A stretch of DNA of 64,000 bases from Eledone cirrhosa (Eukaryota). Below are positions 41,600 through 55,400 of this stretch, in pieces. The stretch lies in contig OZ024740.1 of NCBI GenBank assembly GCA_964016885.1, forward strand, positions 137,702,001 through 137,766,000. The letters run 5' to 3'. A program made the position numbers and the translations under genes. The notes below the pieces were generated by a model. That model did no database searches. It worked only from the letters and a program-made list of their open reading frames with translations, and was not told the origin of the DNA. Every line of letters starts with the position of its first letter. The first letter of the stretch is position 1.

Positions 41600-44500
41600 C
41601 TTTCTCTTATCACTTTTCCCCCCAATCTCCAATTCTCTCTTTCTCTTATCACTTTTCTCTCACTCTCCAATTCTCTCTTTCTCTTATGACTTTTCCCCCA
41701 ATCTCCAATTCTCTCTTTCTCTTATCCCTTTTCTCTCAATCTCCAATTCTCTCTTTCTTTTCTCACTTTTCCCCCAATCTCCAATTCTCTCTTTCTCTTC
41801 ACACTTTTCCCCCAATCTCCAATTCTCTCTTTCTCTTATCACTTTTCTCTCAATCTCCAATTCTCCTTTTCACTTATCACTTTTTTCTCAATCTCCAATT
41901 CTCTCTTTCTCTTATCACTTTTCTCTCAATCTCCAATTCTCTCTTTCTCTTATCACTTTTCCCCCAATCTCCAATTCTCTCTTTCTCTTATCACCTTTCC
42001 CCCAATCTCCAATTCTCTCTTTCTCTTATCACTTTTCTCTCAATCTCCAATTCTCTCTTTCTCTTATGACTTTTCCCCCAATCTCCAATTCTCTCTTTCT
42101 GTTATCAATTTTCTCTCAATCTCCAATTCTTTCTTTCTCTTATCACTTTTCTCTCAATCTCCAATTCTCTCTTTCTCTTATCACTTTTCCCCCATCTCCA
42201 ATTCTGTCTTTCTCTTATCACTTTTCTCTCAATCTCCAATTCTCTCTTTCTCTTATCACTTTTCCCCCAATCTCCAATTTTGTCTTTCTATTCCCACATT
42301 TCCCCCAATCTCCAATTCTCTCTTTCTCTCATCACTTTTCTCTCAATCTCCAATTCTCTCTTTCTCTCCTCACTTTTCTCTGAATCTCCAATTCTCTCTC
42401 AATCTTCTCACTTTTCTCTCAATATCCAATCCTCTCTTTCTGTTCTCAGTTTACTCCCAATCTACAATTCTCTCTTTCCCTCATCACTTTTCTCTCAATC
42501 TCCAATTCTCTCTTTCTCTTATCACTTTTCCCCCAATCTCCAATTCTCTCTTTCTATTATCACTTTTCTCTCAATCTCCAATTCGATCTTTCTCTTATCA
42601 CCTTTCCCCCAATCTCCAATTCTCTCTTTCTCTTATGACTTTTCCCCCAATCTCCAATTCTCTCTTTCTGTTATCAATTTTCTCTCAATCTCCAATTCTT
42701 TCTTTCTCTTATCTCTTTTCTCTCAATCTCCAATTCACTCTTTCTCTTATCACTTTTCCCCCATCTCCAATTCTCTCTTTCTCTTATCCCTTTTCTCTCA
42801 ATCTCCAATTCTCTCTTTCTTTTCTCACTTTTCCCCCAATCTCCAATTCTCTCTTTCTCTTCACACTTTTCCCCCAATCTCCAATTCTCTCTTTCTCTTA
42901 TCACCTTTCCCCCAATCTCCAATTCTCTCTTTCTCTTATCCCTTTCCTCTCAATCTCCAATTCTCTCTTTCTTTTCCCACTTTTCCCCCAATCTCCAATT
43001 CTGTATTTCTCTACACACAAATCCCCTAATCTCCAATTCTCTCTTTCACTTATCAATTTTCTCTCAATCTCCAATTCTCTCTTTCTCTTATCACTTTTCT
43101 CCCAATCTCCAATTCTCTCAATCTCTCATCACTTTTCTCTCAATCTCTAATTCTCTCTTTCTCTTATCACTTTTCTCTCAATCTCCAATTCTCTCTTTCT
43201 CTTATCACTTTTCTCTCGATCTCCAATTCTCTCTTTCTCTTATCACTTTTCCCCCAATCTCCAATTCTCTCTTTCTATTATCACTTTTCTCTCAATCTCC
43301 AATTCTCTCTTTCTCTTATCACCTTTCCCCCAATCTCCAATTCTCACTTTCTCTTATCACTTTTCTCTCAATCTCCAATTCTCTCTTTCTCTTATCACTT
43401 TTCCCCCAATCTCCAATTCTCTCTTTCTGTTATCAATTTTCTCTCAATCTCCAATTCTTTCTTTCTCTTATCACTTTTCTCTCAATCTCCAATTATCTCT
43501 TTTTCTTATCACTTTTCCCCCCAATCTCCAATTCTCTCTTTCTCTTATCACTTTTCTCTCACTCTCCAATTCTCTCTTTCTCTTATGACTTTTCCCCCAA
43601 TCTCCAATTCTCTCTTTCTCTTATCCCTTTTCTCTCAATCTCCAATTCTCTCTTTCTTTTCTCACTTTTCCCCCAATCTCCAATTCTCTCTTTCTCTTCA
43701 CACTTTTCCCCCAATCTCCAATTCTCTCTTTCTCTTATCACCTTTCCCCCAATCTCCAATTCTCTCTTTCTCTTATCCCTTTCCTCTCAATCTCCAATTC
43801 TCTCTTTCTTTTCTCACTTTTCCCCCAATCTCCAATTCTGTATTTCTCTACACACAAATCCCCTAATCTCCAATTCTCTCTTTCACTTATCAATTTTCTC
43901 TCAATCTCCAATTCTCTCTTTCTCTTATCACTTTTCTCCCAATCTCCAATTCTCTCAATCTCTTATCACTTTTCTCTCAATCTCCAATTCCCTCTTTCTC
44001 TTATCACTTTTCTCTCAATCTCTAATTCTCTCTTTCTCTTATCACTTTTCTCTCAATCTCCAATTCTCTCTTTCTCTTATCACTTTTCTCTCAATCTCCA
44101 ATCCTCTCTTTCTGTTCTCAGTTTACTCCCAATCTCCAATTCTCTCTTTCTCTTATCACTTTACTCTCAATCTCCAATTCTCTCTTTCTCTTATCACTTT
44201 TCCCCCAATCTCCAATTCTCTCTTTCTATTATCACTTTTCTCTCAATCTCCAATTCTCTCTTTCTCTTATCACCTTTCCCCCAATCTCCAATTCTCTCTT
44301 TCTCTTATCACTTTACTCTCAATCTCCAATTCTCTCTTTCTCTTATCACTTTTCCCCCAATCTCCAATTCTCTCTTTCTATTATCACTTTTCTCTCAATC
44401 TCCAATTCTCTCTTTCTCTTGTGACTTTTCCCCCAATCTCCAATTCTCTCTTTCTGTTATCAATTTTCTCTCAATCTCCAATTCTCTCTTTCTCTTATCA

Positions 44501-47500
44501 CTTTTCTCTCAATCTCCAATTCTCTCTTTCTCTTATCACTTTTCCCCCAATCTCCAATTCTCTCTTTCTGTTATCAATTTTCTCTCAATCTCCAATTCTT
44601 TCTTTCTCTTATCACTTTTCTCTCAATCTCCAATTATCTCTTTTTCTTATCACTTTTCCCCCCAATCTCCAATTCTCTCTTTCTCTTATCACTTTTCTCT
44701 CACTCTCCAATTCTCTCTTTCTCTTATGACTTTTCCCCCAATCTCCAATTCTCTCTTTCTCTTATCCCTTTTCTCTCAATCTCCAATTCTCTCTTTCTTT
44801 TCTCACTTTTCCCCCAATCTCCAATTCTCTCTTTCTCTTCACACTTTTCCCCCAATCTCCAATTCTCTCTTTCTCTTATCACCTTTCCCCCAATCTCCAA
44901 TTCTCTCTTTCTCTTATCCCTTTCCTCTCAATCTCCAATTCTCTCTTTCTTTTCTCACTTTTCCCCCAATCTCCAATTCTGTATTTCTCTACACACAAAT
45001 CCCCTAATCTCCAATTCTCTCTTTCACTTATCAATTTTCTCTCAATCTCCAATTCTCTCTTTCTCTTATCACTTTTCTCCCAATCTCCAATTCTCTCAAT
45101 CTCTTATCACTTTTCTCTCAATCTCCAATTCCCTCTTTCTCTTATCACTTTTCTCTCAATCTCTAATTCTCTCTTTCTCTTATCACTTTTCTCTCAATCT
45201 CCAATTCTCTCTTTCTCTTATCACTTTTCTCTCAATCTCCAATCCTCTCTTTCTGTTCTCAGTTTACTCCCAATCTCCAATTCTCTCTTTCTCTTATCAC
45301 TTTACTCTCAATCTCCAATTCTCTCTTTCTCTTATCACTTTTCCCCCAATCTCCAATTCTCTCTTTCTATTATCACTTTTCTCTCAATCTCCAATTCTCT
45401 CTTTCTCTTATCACCTTTCCCCCAATCTCCAATTCTCTCTTTCTCTTATCACTTTACTCTCAATCTCCAATTCTCTCTTTCTCTTATCACTTTTCCCCCA
45501 ATCTCCAATTCTCTCTTTCTATTATCACTTTTCTCTCAATCTCCAATTCTCTCTTTCTCTTGTGACTTTTCCCCCAATCTCCAATTCTCTCTTTCTGTTA
45601 TCAATTTTCTCTCAATCTCCAATTCTTTCTTTCTCTTATCACTTTTCTCTCAATCTCCAATTCTCTCTTTCTCTTATCACTTTTCCCCCATCTCCAATTC
45701 TCTCTTTCTCTTATCACTTTTCTCTCAATCTCCAATTCTCTCTTTCTCTTATCACTTTTATCTCAATCTCCAATTCTCTCTTTCTCTTATCACTTTTCTC
45801 TCAATCTCCAATTCTCTCTTTCTCTTCTCACTTTTACCCCAATCTCCAATTCTCTCTTTCTCTTATCACTTTTCCTCCAATCTCCAATTCTCTCTTTCTC
45901 TTATCAATTTTCTCTCAATCTCCAATTCTTTCTTTATCTAATCACTTTTCCCCCAATCTCCAATTCTCTCTTTCTCTTATCACTTTTCTCTCAATCTCCA
46001 ATTCTCTCTTTCTCTTATCACTTTTCCCCCAATCTCCAATTCTCTCTTTCTCTTATCACCTTTCCCCCAATCTCCAATTCTCTCTTTCTCTTATCACTTT
46101 TCTCTCAATCTCCAATTCTCTCTTTCTCTTATGACTTTTCCCCCAATCTCCAATTCTCTCTTTCTGTTATCAATTTTCTCTCAATCTCCAATTCTTTCTT
46201 TCTCTTATCACTTTTCTCTCAATCTCCAATTCTCTCTTTTCTCTTATCACTTTCCCCCCATCTCCAATTCTGTCTTTCTCTTATCACTTTTCTCTCAATC
46301 TCCAATTCTCTCTTTCTCTTATCACTTTTCCCCCAATCTCCAATTTTGTCTTTCTATTCCCACATTTCCCCCAATCTCCAATTCTCTCTTTCTCTCATCA
46401 CTTTTCTCTCAATCTCCAATTCTCTCTTTCTCTCCTCACTTTTCTCTGAATCTCCAATTCTCTCTCAATCTTCTCACTTTTCTCTCAATATCCAATCCTC
46501 TCTTTCTGTTCTCAATTTACTCCCAATCTACAATTCTCTCTTTCCCTCATCACTTTTCTCTCAATCTCCAATTCTCTCTTTCTCTTATCACTTTTCCCCC
46601 AATCTCCAATTCTCTCTTTCTATTATCACTTTTCTCTCAATCTCCAATTCGATCTTTCTCTTATCACCTTTCCCCCAATCTCCAATTCTCTCTTTCTCTT
46701 ATGACTTTTCCCCCAATCTCCAATTCTCTCTTTCTGTTATCAATTTTCTCTCAATCTCCAATTCTTTCTTTCTCTTATCTCTTTTCTCTCAATCTCCAAT
46801 TCACTCTTTCTCTTATCACTTTTCCCCCATCTCCAATTCTCTCTTTCTCTTATCCCTTTTCTCTCAATCTCCAATTCTCTCTTTCTTTTCTCACTTTTCC
46901 CCCAATCTCCAATTCTCTCTTTCTCTTCACACTTTTCCCCCAATCTCCAATTCTCTCTTTCTCTTATCACCTTTCCCCCAATCTCCAATTCTCTCTTTCT
47001 CTTATCCCTTTCCTCTCAATCTCCAATTCTCTCTTTCTTTTCTCACTTTTCCCCCAATCTCCAATTCTGTATTTCTCTACACACAAATCCCCTAATCTCC
47101 AATTCTCTCTTTCACTTATCAATTTTCTCTCAATCTCCAATTCTCTCTTTCTCTTATCACTTTTCTCCCAATCTCCAATTCTCTCAATCTCTTATCACTT
47201 TTCTCTCAATCTCTAATTCTCTCTTTCTCTTATCACTTTTCTCTCAATCTCCAATTCTCTCTTTCTCTTATCACTTTTCTCTCAATCTCCAATTCTCTCT
47301 TTCTCTTATCACTTTTCCCCCAATCTCCAATTCTCTCGTTCTATTATCACTTTTCTCTCAATCTCCAATTCTCTCTTTCTCTTATCACCTTTCCCCCAAT
47401 CTCCAATTCTCTCTTTCTCTTATCACTTTTCTCTCAATCTCCAATTCTCTCTTTCTCTTATCACTTTTCCCCCCAATCTCCAATTCTCTCTTTCTCTTAT

Positions 47501-50500
47501 CACTTTTCTCTCACTCTCCAATTCTCTCTTTCTCTTATGACTTTTCCCCCAATCTCCAATTCTCTCTTTCTCTTATCCCTTTTCTCTCAATCTCCAATTC
47601 TCTCTTTCTTTTCTCACTTTTCCCCCAATCTCCAATTCTCTCTTTCTCTTCACACTTTTCCCCCAATCTCCAATTCTCTCTTTCTCTTATCACTTTTCTC
47701 TCAATCTCCAATTCTCCTTTTCACTTATCACTTTTTTCTCAATCTCCAATTCTCTCTTTCTCTTATCACTTTTCTCTCAATCTCTAATTCTCTCTTTCTC
47801 TTATCACTTTTCCCCCAATCTCCAATTCTCTCTTTCTCTTATCACCTTTCCCCCAATCTCCAATTCTCTCTTTCTCTTATCACTTTTCTCTCAATCTCCA
47901 ATTCTCTCTTTCTCTTATGACTTTTCCCCCAATCTCCAATTCTCTCTTTCTGTTATCAATTTTCTCTCAATCTCCAATTCTTTCTTTCTCTTATCACTTT
48001 TCTCTCAATCTCCAATTCTCTCTTTCTCTTATCACTTTTCCCCCATCTCCAATTCTGTCTTTCTCTTATCACTTTTCTCTCAATCTCCAATTCTCTCTTT
48101 CTCTTATCACTTTTCCCCCAATCTCCAATTTTGTCTTTCTATTCCCACATTTCCCCCAATCTCCAATTCTCTCTTTCTCTCATCACTTTTCTCTCAATCT
48201 CCAATTCTCTCTTTCTCTCCTCACTTTTCTCTGAATCTCCAATTCTCTCTCAATCTTCTCACTTTTCTCTCAATATCCAATCCTCTCTTTCTGTTCTCAG
48301 TTTACTCCCAATCTACAATTCTCTCTTTCCCTCATCACTTTTCTCTCAATCTCCAATTCTCTCTTTCTCTTATCACTTTTCCCCCAATCTCCAATTCTCT
48401 CTTTCTATTATCACTTTTCTCTCAATCTCCAATTCGATCTTTCTCTTATCACCTTTCCCCCAATCTCCAATTCTCTCTTTCTCTTATGACTTTTCCCCCA
48501 ATCTCCAATTCTCTCTTTCTGTTATCAATTTTCTCTCAATCTCCAATTCTTTCTTTCTCTCATCTCTTTTCTCTCAATCTCCAATTCACTCTTTCTCTTA
48601 TCACTTTTCCCCCATCTCCAATTCTCTCTTTCTCTTATCCCTTTTCTCTCAATCTCCAATTCTCTCTTTCTTTTCTCACTTTTCCCCCAATCTCCAATTC
48701 TCTCTTTCTCTTCACACTTTTCCCCCAATCTCCAATTCTCTCTTTCTCTTATCACCTTTCCCCCAATCTCCAATTCTCTCTTTCTCTTATCCCTTTCCTC
48801 TCAATCTCCAATTCTCTCTTTCTTTTCCCACTTTTCCCCCAATCTCCAATTCTGTATTTCTCTACACACAAATCCCCTAATCTCCAATTCTCTCTTTCAC
48901 TTATCAATTTTCTCTCAATCTCCAATTCTCTCTTTCTCTTATCACTTTTCTCCCAATCTCCAATTCTCTCAATCTCTTATCACTTTTCTCTCAATCTCTA
49001 ATTCTCTCTTTCTCTTATCACTTTTCTCTCAATCTCCAATTCTCTCTTTCTCTTATCACTTTTCTCTCAATCTCCAATTCTCTCTTTCTCTTATCACTTT
49101 TCCCCCAATCTCCAATTCTCTCTTTCTATTATCACTTTTCTCTCAATCTCCAATTCTCTCTTTCTCTTATCACCTTTCCCCCAATCTCCAATTCTCTCTT
49201 TCTCTTATCACTTTTCTCTCAATCTCCAATTCTCTCTTTCTCTTATGACTTTTCCCCCAATCTCCAATTCTCTCTTTCTGTTATCAATTTTCTCTCAATC
49301 TCCAATTCTTTCTTTCTCTTATCACTTTTCTCTCAATCTCCAATTCTCTCTTTTTCTTATCACTTTTCCCCCCAATCTCCAATTCTCTCTTTCTCTTATC
49401 ACTTTTCTCTCACTCTCCAATTCTCTTTTTCTCTTATGACTTTTCCCCCAATCTCCAATTCTCTCTTTCTCTTATCCCTTTTCTCTCAATCTCCAATTCT
49501 CTCTTTCTTTTCTCACTTTTCCCCCAATCTCCAATTCTCTCTTTCTCTTCACACTTTTCCCCCAATCTCCAATTCTCTCTTTCACTTATCAATTTTCTCT
49601 CAATCTCCAATTCTCTCTTTCTCTTATCACTTTTCTCCCAATCTCCAATTCTCTCAATCTCTTATCACTTTTCTCTCAATCTCCAATTCCCTCTTTCTCT
49701 TATCACTTTTCTCTCAATCTCTAATTCTCTCTTTCTCTTATCACTTTTCTCTCAATCTCCAATTCTCTCTTTCTCTTATCCCTTTTCTCTCAATCTCCAA
49801 TTCTCTCTTTCTTTTCTCACTTTTCCCCCAATCTCCAATTCTCTCTTTCTCTTCACACTTTTCCCCCAATCTCCAATTCTCTCTTTCTCTTATCACTTTT
49901 CTCTCAATCTCCAATTCTCCTTTTCACTTATCACTTTTTTCTCAATCTCCAATTCTCTCTTTCTCTTATCACTTTTCTCTCAATCTCCAATTCTCTCTTT
50001 CTCTTATCACTTTTCCCCCAATCTCCAATTCTCTCTTTCTCTTATCACCTTTCCCCCAATCTCCAATTCTCTCTTTCTCTTATCACTTTTCTCTCAATCT
50101 CCAATTCTCTCTTTCTCTTATGACTTTTCCCCCAATCTCCAATTCTCTCTTTCTGTTATCAATTTTCTCTCAATCTCCAATTCTTTCTTTCTCTTATCAC
50201 TTTTCTCTCAATCTCCAATTCTCTCTTTCTCTTATCACTTTTCCCCCATCTCCAATTCTGTCTTTCTCTTATCACTTTTCTCTCAATCTCCAATTCTCTC
50301 TTTCTCTTATCACTTTTCCCCCAATCTCCAATTTTGTCTTTCTATTCCCACATTTCCCCCAATCTCCAATTCTCTCTTTCTCTCATCACTTTTCTCTCAA
50401 TCTCCAATTCTCTCTTTCTCTCCTCACTTTTCTCTGAATCTCCAATTCTCTCTCAATCTTCTCACTTTTCTCTCAATATCCAATCCTCTCTTTCTGTTCT

Positions 50501-53500
50501 CAGTTTACTCCCAATCTACAATTCTCTCTTTCCCTCATCACTTTTCTCTCAATCTCCAATTCTCTCTTTCTCTTATCACTTTTCCCCCAATCTCCAATTC
50601 TCTCTTTCTATTATCACTTTTCTCTCAATCTCCAATTCGATCTTTCTCTTATCACCTTTCCCCCAATCTCCAATTCTCTCTTTCTCTTATGACTTTTCCC
50701 CCAATCTCCAATTCTCTCTTTCTGTTATCAATTTTCTCTCAATCTCCAATTCTTTCTTTCTCTTATCTCTTTTCTCTCAATCTCCAATTCACTCTTTCTC
50801 TTATCACTTTTCCCCCATCTCCAATTCTCTCTTTCTCTTATCCCTTTTCTCTCAATCTCCAATTCTCTCTTTCTTTTCTCACTTTTCCCCCAATCTCCAA
50901 TTCTCTCTTTCTCTTCACACTTTTCCCCCAATCTCCAATTCTCTCTTTCTCTTATCACCTTTCCCCCAATCTCCAATTCTCTCTTTCTCTTATCCCTTTC
51001 CTCTCAATCTCCAATTCTCTCTTTCTTTTCCCACTTTTCCCCCAATCTCCAATTCTGTATTTCTCTACACACAAATCCCCTAATCTCCAATTCTCTCTTT
51101 CACTTATCAATTTTCTCTCAATCTCCAATTCTCTCTTTCTCTTATCATTTTTCTCCCAATCTCCAATTCTCTCAATCTCTTATCACTTTTCTCTCAATCT
51201 CTAATTCTCTCTTTCTCTTATCACTTTTCTCTCAATCTCCAATTCTCTCTTTCTCTTATCACTTTTCTCTCAATCTCCAATTCTCTCTTTCTCTTATCAC
51301 TTTTCCCCCAATCTCCAATTCTCTCTTTCTATTATCACTTTTCTCTCAATCTCCAATTCTCTCTTTCTCTTATCACCTTTCCCCCAATCTCCAATTCTCT
51401 CTTTCTCTTATCACTTTTCTCTCAATCTCCAATTCTCTCTTTCTCTTATGACTTTTCCCCCAATCTCCAATTCTCTCTTTCTGTTATCAATTTTCTCTCA
51501 ATCTCCAATTCTTTCTTTCTCTTATCACTTTTCTCTCAATCTCCAATTCTCTCTTTTTCTTATCACTTTTCCCCCCAATCTCCAATTCTCTCTTTCTCTT
51601 ATCACTTTTCTCTCACTCTCCAATTCTCTCTTTCTCTTATGACTTTTCCCCCAATCTCCAATTCTCTCTTTCTCTTATCCCTTTTCTCTCAATCTCCAAT
51701 TCTCTCTTTCTTTTCTCACTTTTCCCCCAATCTCCAATTCTCTCTTTCTCTTCACACTTTTCCCCCAATCTCCAATTCTCTCTTTCTCTTATCACTTTTC
51801 TCTCAATCTCCAATTCTCCTTTTCACTTATCACTTTTTTCTCAATCTCCAATTCTCTCTTTCTCTTATCACTTTTCTCTCAATCTCCAATTCTCTCTTTC
51901 TCTTATCACTTTTCCCCCAATCTCCAATTCTCTCTTTCTCTTATCACCTTTCCCCCAATCTCCAATTCTCTCTTTCTCTTATCACTTTTCTCTCAATCTC
52001 CAATTCTCTCTTTCTCTTCTCACTTTTACCCCAATCTCCAATTCTCTCTTTCTGTTATCAATTTTCTCTCAATCTCCAATTCTTTCTTTCTCTTATCACT
52101 TTTCTCTCAATCTCCAATTCTCTCTTTCTCTTATCACTTTTCCCCCATCTCCAATTCTGTCTTTCTCTTATCACTTTTCTCTCAATCTCCAATTCTCTCT
52201 TTCTCTTATCACTTTTCCCCCAATCTCCAATTTTGTCTTTCTATTCCCACATTTCCCCCAATCTCCAATTCTCTCTTTCTCTCATCACTTTTCTCTCAAT
52301 CTCCAATTCTCTCTTTCTCTCCTCACTTTTCTCTGAATCTCCAATTCTCTCTCAATCTTCTCACTTTTCTCTCAATATCCAATCCTCTCTTTCTGTTCTC
52401 AGTTTACTCCCAATCTACAATTCTCTCTTTCCCTCATCACTTTTCTCTCAATCTCCAATTCTCTCTTTCTCTTATCACTTTTCCCCCAATCTCCAATTCT
52501 CTCTTTCTATTATCACTTTTCTCTCAATCTCCAATTCGATCTTTCTCTTATCACCTTTCCCCCAATCTCCAATTCTCTCTTTCTCTTATGACTTTTCCCC
52601 CAATCTCCAATTCTCTCTTTCTGTTATCAATTTTCTCTCAATCTCCAATTCACTCTTTCTCTTATCACTTTTCCCCCATCTCCAATTCTCTCTTTCTCTT
52701 ATCCCTTTTCTCTCAATCTCCAATTCTCTCTTTCTTTTCTCACTTTTCCCCCAATCTCCAATTCTCTCTTTCTCTTCACACTTTTCCCCCAATCTCCAAT
52801 TCTCTCTTTCTCTTATCACCTTTCCCCCAATCTCCAATTCTCTCTTTCTCTTATCCCTTTCCTCTCAATCTCCAATTCTCTCTTTCTTTTCTCACTTTTC
52901 CCCCAATCTCCAATTCTGTATTTCTCTACACACAAATCCCCTAATCTCCAATTCTCTCTTTCACTTATCAATTTTCTCTCAATCTCCAATTCTCTCTTTC
53001 TCTTATCACTTTTCTCCCAATCTCCAATTCTCTCAATCTCTTATCACTTTTCTCTCAATCTCTAATTCTCTCTTTCTCTTATCACTTTTCTCTCAATCTC
53101 CAATTCTCTCTTTCTCTTATCACTTTTCTCTCAATCTCCAATTCTCTCTTTCTCTTATCACTTTTCCCCCAATCTCCAATTCTCTCTTTCTATTATCACT
53201 TTTCTCTCAATCTCCAATTCTCTCTTTCTCTTATCACCTTTCCCCCAATCTCCAATTCTCTCTTTCTCTTATCACTTTTCTCTCAATCTCCAATTCTCTC
53301 TTTCTCTTATGACTTTTCCCCCAATCTCCAATTCTCTCTTTCTGTTATCAATTTTCTCTCAATCTCCAATTCTTTCTTTCTCTTATCACTTTTCTCTCAA
53401 TCTCCAATTCTCTCTTTTTCTTATCACTTTTCCCCCCAATCTCCAATTCTCTCTTTCTCTTATCACTTTTCTCTCACTCTCCAATTCTCTCTTTCTCTTA

Positions 53501-55400
53501 TGACTTTTCCCCCAATCTCCAATTCTCTCTTTCTCTTATCCCTTTTCTCTCAATCTCCAATTCTCTCTTTCTTTTCTCACTTTTCCCCCAATCTCCAATT
53601 CTCTCTTTCTCTTCACACTTTTCCCCCAATCTCCAATTCTCTCTTTCTCTTATCACTTTTCTCTCAATCTCCAATTCTCCTTTTCACTTATCACTTTTTT
53701 CTCAATCTCCAATTCTCTCTTTCTCTTATCACTTTTCTCTCAATCTCCAATTCTCTCTTTCTCTTATCACTTTTCCCCCAATCTCCAATTCTCTCTTTCT
53801 CTTATCACCTTTCCCCCAATCTCCAATTCTCTCTTTCTCTTATCACTTTTCTCTCAATCTCCAATTCTCTCTTTCTCTTCTCACTTCTACCCCAATCTCC
53901 AATTCTCTCTTTCTGTTATCAATTTTCTCTCAATCTCCAATTCTTTCTTTCTCTTATCACTTTTCTCTCAATCTCCAATTCTCTCTTTCTCTTATCACTT
54001 TTCCCCCATCTCCAATTCTGTCTTTCTCTTATCACTTTTCTCTCAATCTCCAATTCTCTCTTTCTCTTATCACTTTTCCCCCAATCTCCAATTTTGTCTT
54101 TCTATTCCCACATTTCCCCCAATCTCCAATTCTCTCTTTCTCTCATCACTTTTCTCTCAATCTCCAATTCTCTCTTTCTCTCCTCACTTTTCTCTGAATC
54201 TCCAATTCTCTCTCAATCTTCTCACTTTTCTCTCAATATCCAATCCTCTCTTTCTGTTCTCAGTTTACTCCCAATCTACAATTCTCTCTTTCCCTCATCA
54301 CTTTTCTCTCAATCTCCAATTCTCTCTTTCTCTTATCACTTTTCCCCCAATCTCCAATTCTCTCTTTCTATTATCACTTTTCTCTCAATCTCCAATTCGA
54401 TCTTTCTCTTATCACCTTTCCCCCAATCTCCAATTCTCTCTTTCTCTTATGACTTTTCCCCCAATCTCCAATTCTCTCTTTCTGTTATCAATTTTCTCTC
54501 AATCTCCAATTCTTTCTTTCTCTTATCTCTTTTCTCTCAATCTCCAATTCACTCTTTCTCTTATCACTTTTCCCCCATCTCCAATTCTCTCTTTCTCTTA
54601 TCCCTTTTCTCTCAATCTCCAATTCTCTCTTTCTTTTCTCACTTTTCCCCCAATCTCCAATTCTCTCTTTCTCTTCACACTTTTCCCCCAATCTCCAATT
54701 CTCTCTTTCTCTTATCACCTTTCCCCCAATCTCCAATTCTCTCTTTCTCTTATCCCTTTCCTCTCAATCTCCAATTCTCTCTTTCTTTTCTCACTTTTCC
54801 CCCAATCTCCAATTCTGTATTTCTCTACACACAAATCCCCTAATCTCCAATTCTCTCTTTCACTTATCAATTTTCTCTCAATCTCCAATTCTCTCTTTCT
54901 CTTATCACTTTTCTCCCAATCTCCAATTCTCTCAATCTCTTATCACTTTTCTCTCAATCTCTAATTCTCTCTTTCTCTTATCACTTTTCTCTCAATCTCC
55001 AATTCTCTCTTTCTCTTATCACTTTTCTCTCAATCTCCAATTCTCTCTTTCTCTTATCACTTTTCCCCCAATCTCCAATTCTCTCTTTCTATTATCACTT
55101 TTCTCTCAATCTCCAATTCTCTCTTTCTCTTATCACCTTTCCCCCAATCTCCAATTCTCTCTTTCTCTTATCACTTTTCTCTCAATCTCCAATTCTCTCT
55201 TTCTCTTATGACTTTTCCCCCAATCTCCAATTCTCTCTTTCTGTTATCAATTTTCTCTCAATCTCCAATTCTTTCTTTCTCTTATCACTTTTCTCTCAAT
55301 CTCCAATTCTCTCTTTTTCTTATCACTTTTCCCCCCAATCTCCAATTCTCTCTTTCTCTTATCACTTTTCTCTCACTCTCCAATTCTCTCTTTCTCTTAT
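41600..55400. repeat. Family of about 1.8-2.2 kb higher-order units (six copies) marked by the ATTCGATC variant
   Basis: TTCGATC at about 42584, 46650, 48435, 50638, 52537 and 54398 (spacings 4066, 1785, 2203, 1899, 1861). Shared ORFs at 42280, 46346, 48131 and 50334, and at 51639/53500. Confidence 0.85.
43400..45650. repeat. Tandem duplication, 1141-bp unit (30 monomers)
   Basis: ORF pairs 43585/44726 and 44421/45562. Private variant CTTGTGAC at 44421 and 45562. Confidence 0.88.

Noticed and set aside
27669-54736. Minus-strand 82-91 aa E/R/K-rich ORFs
   Set aside because: They arise only where variants or indels skip the monomer's TGA-TAA. They begin at non-ATG codons within the repeat and show no domain content.
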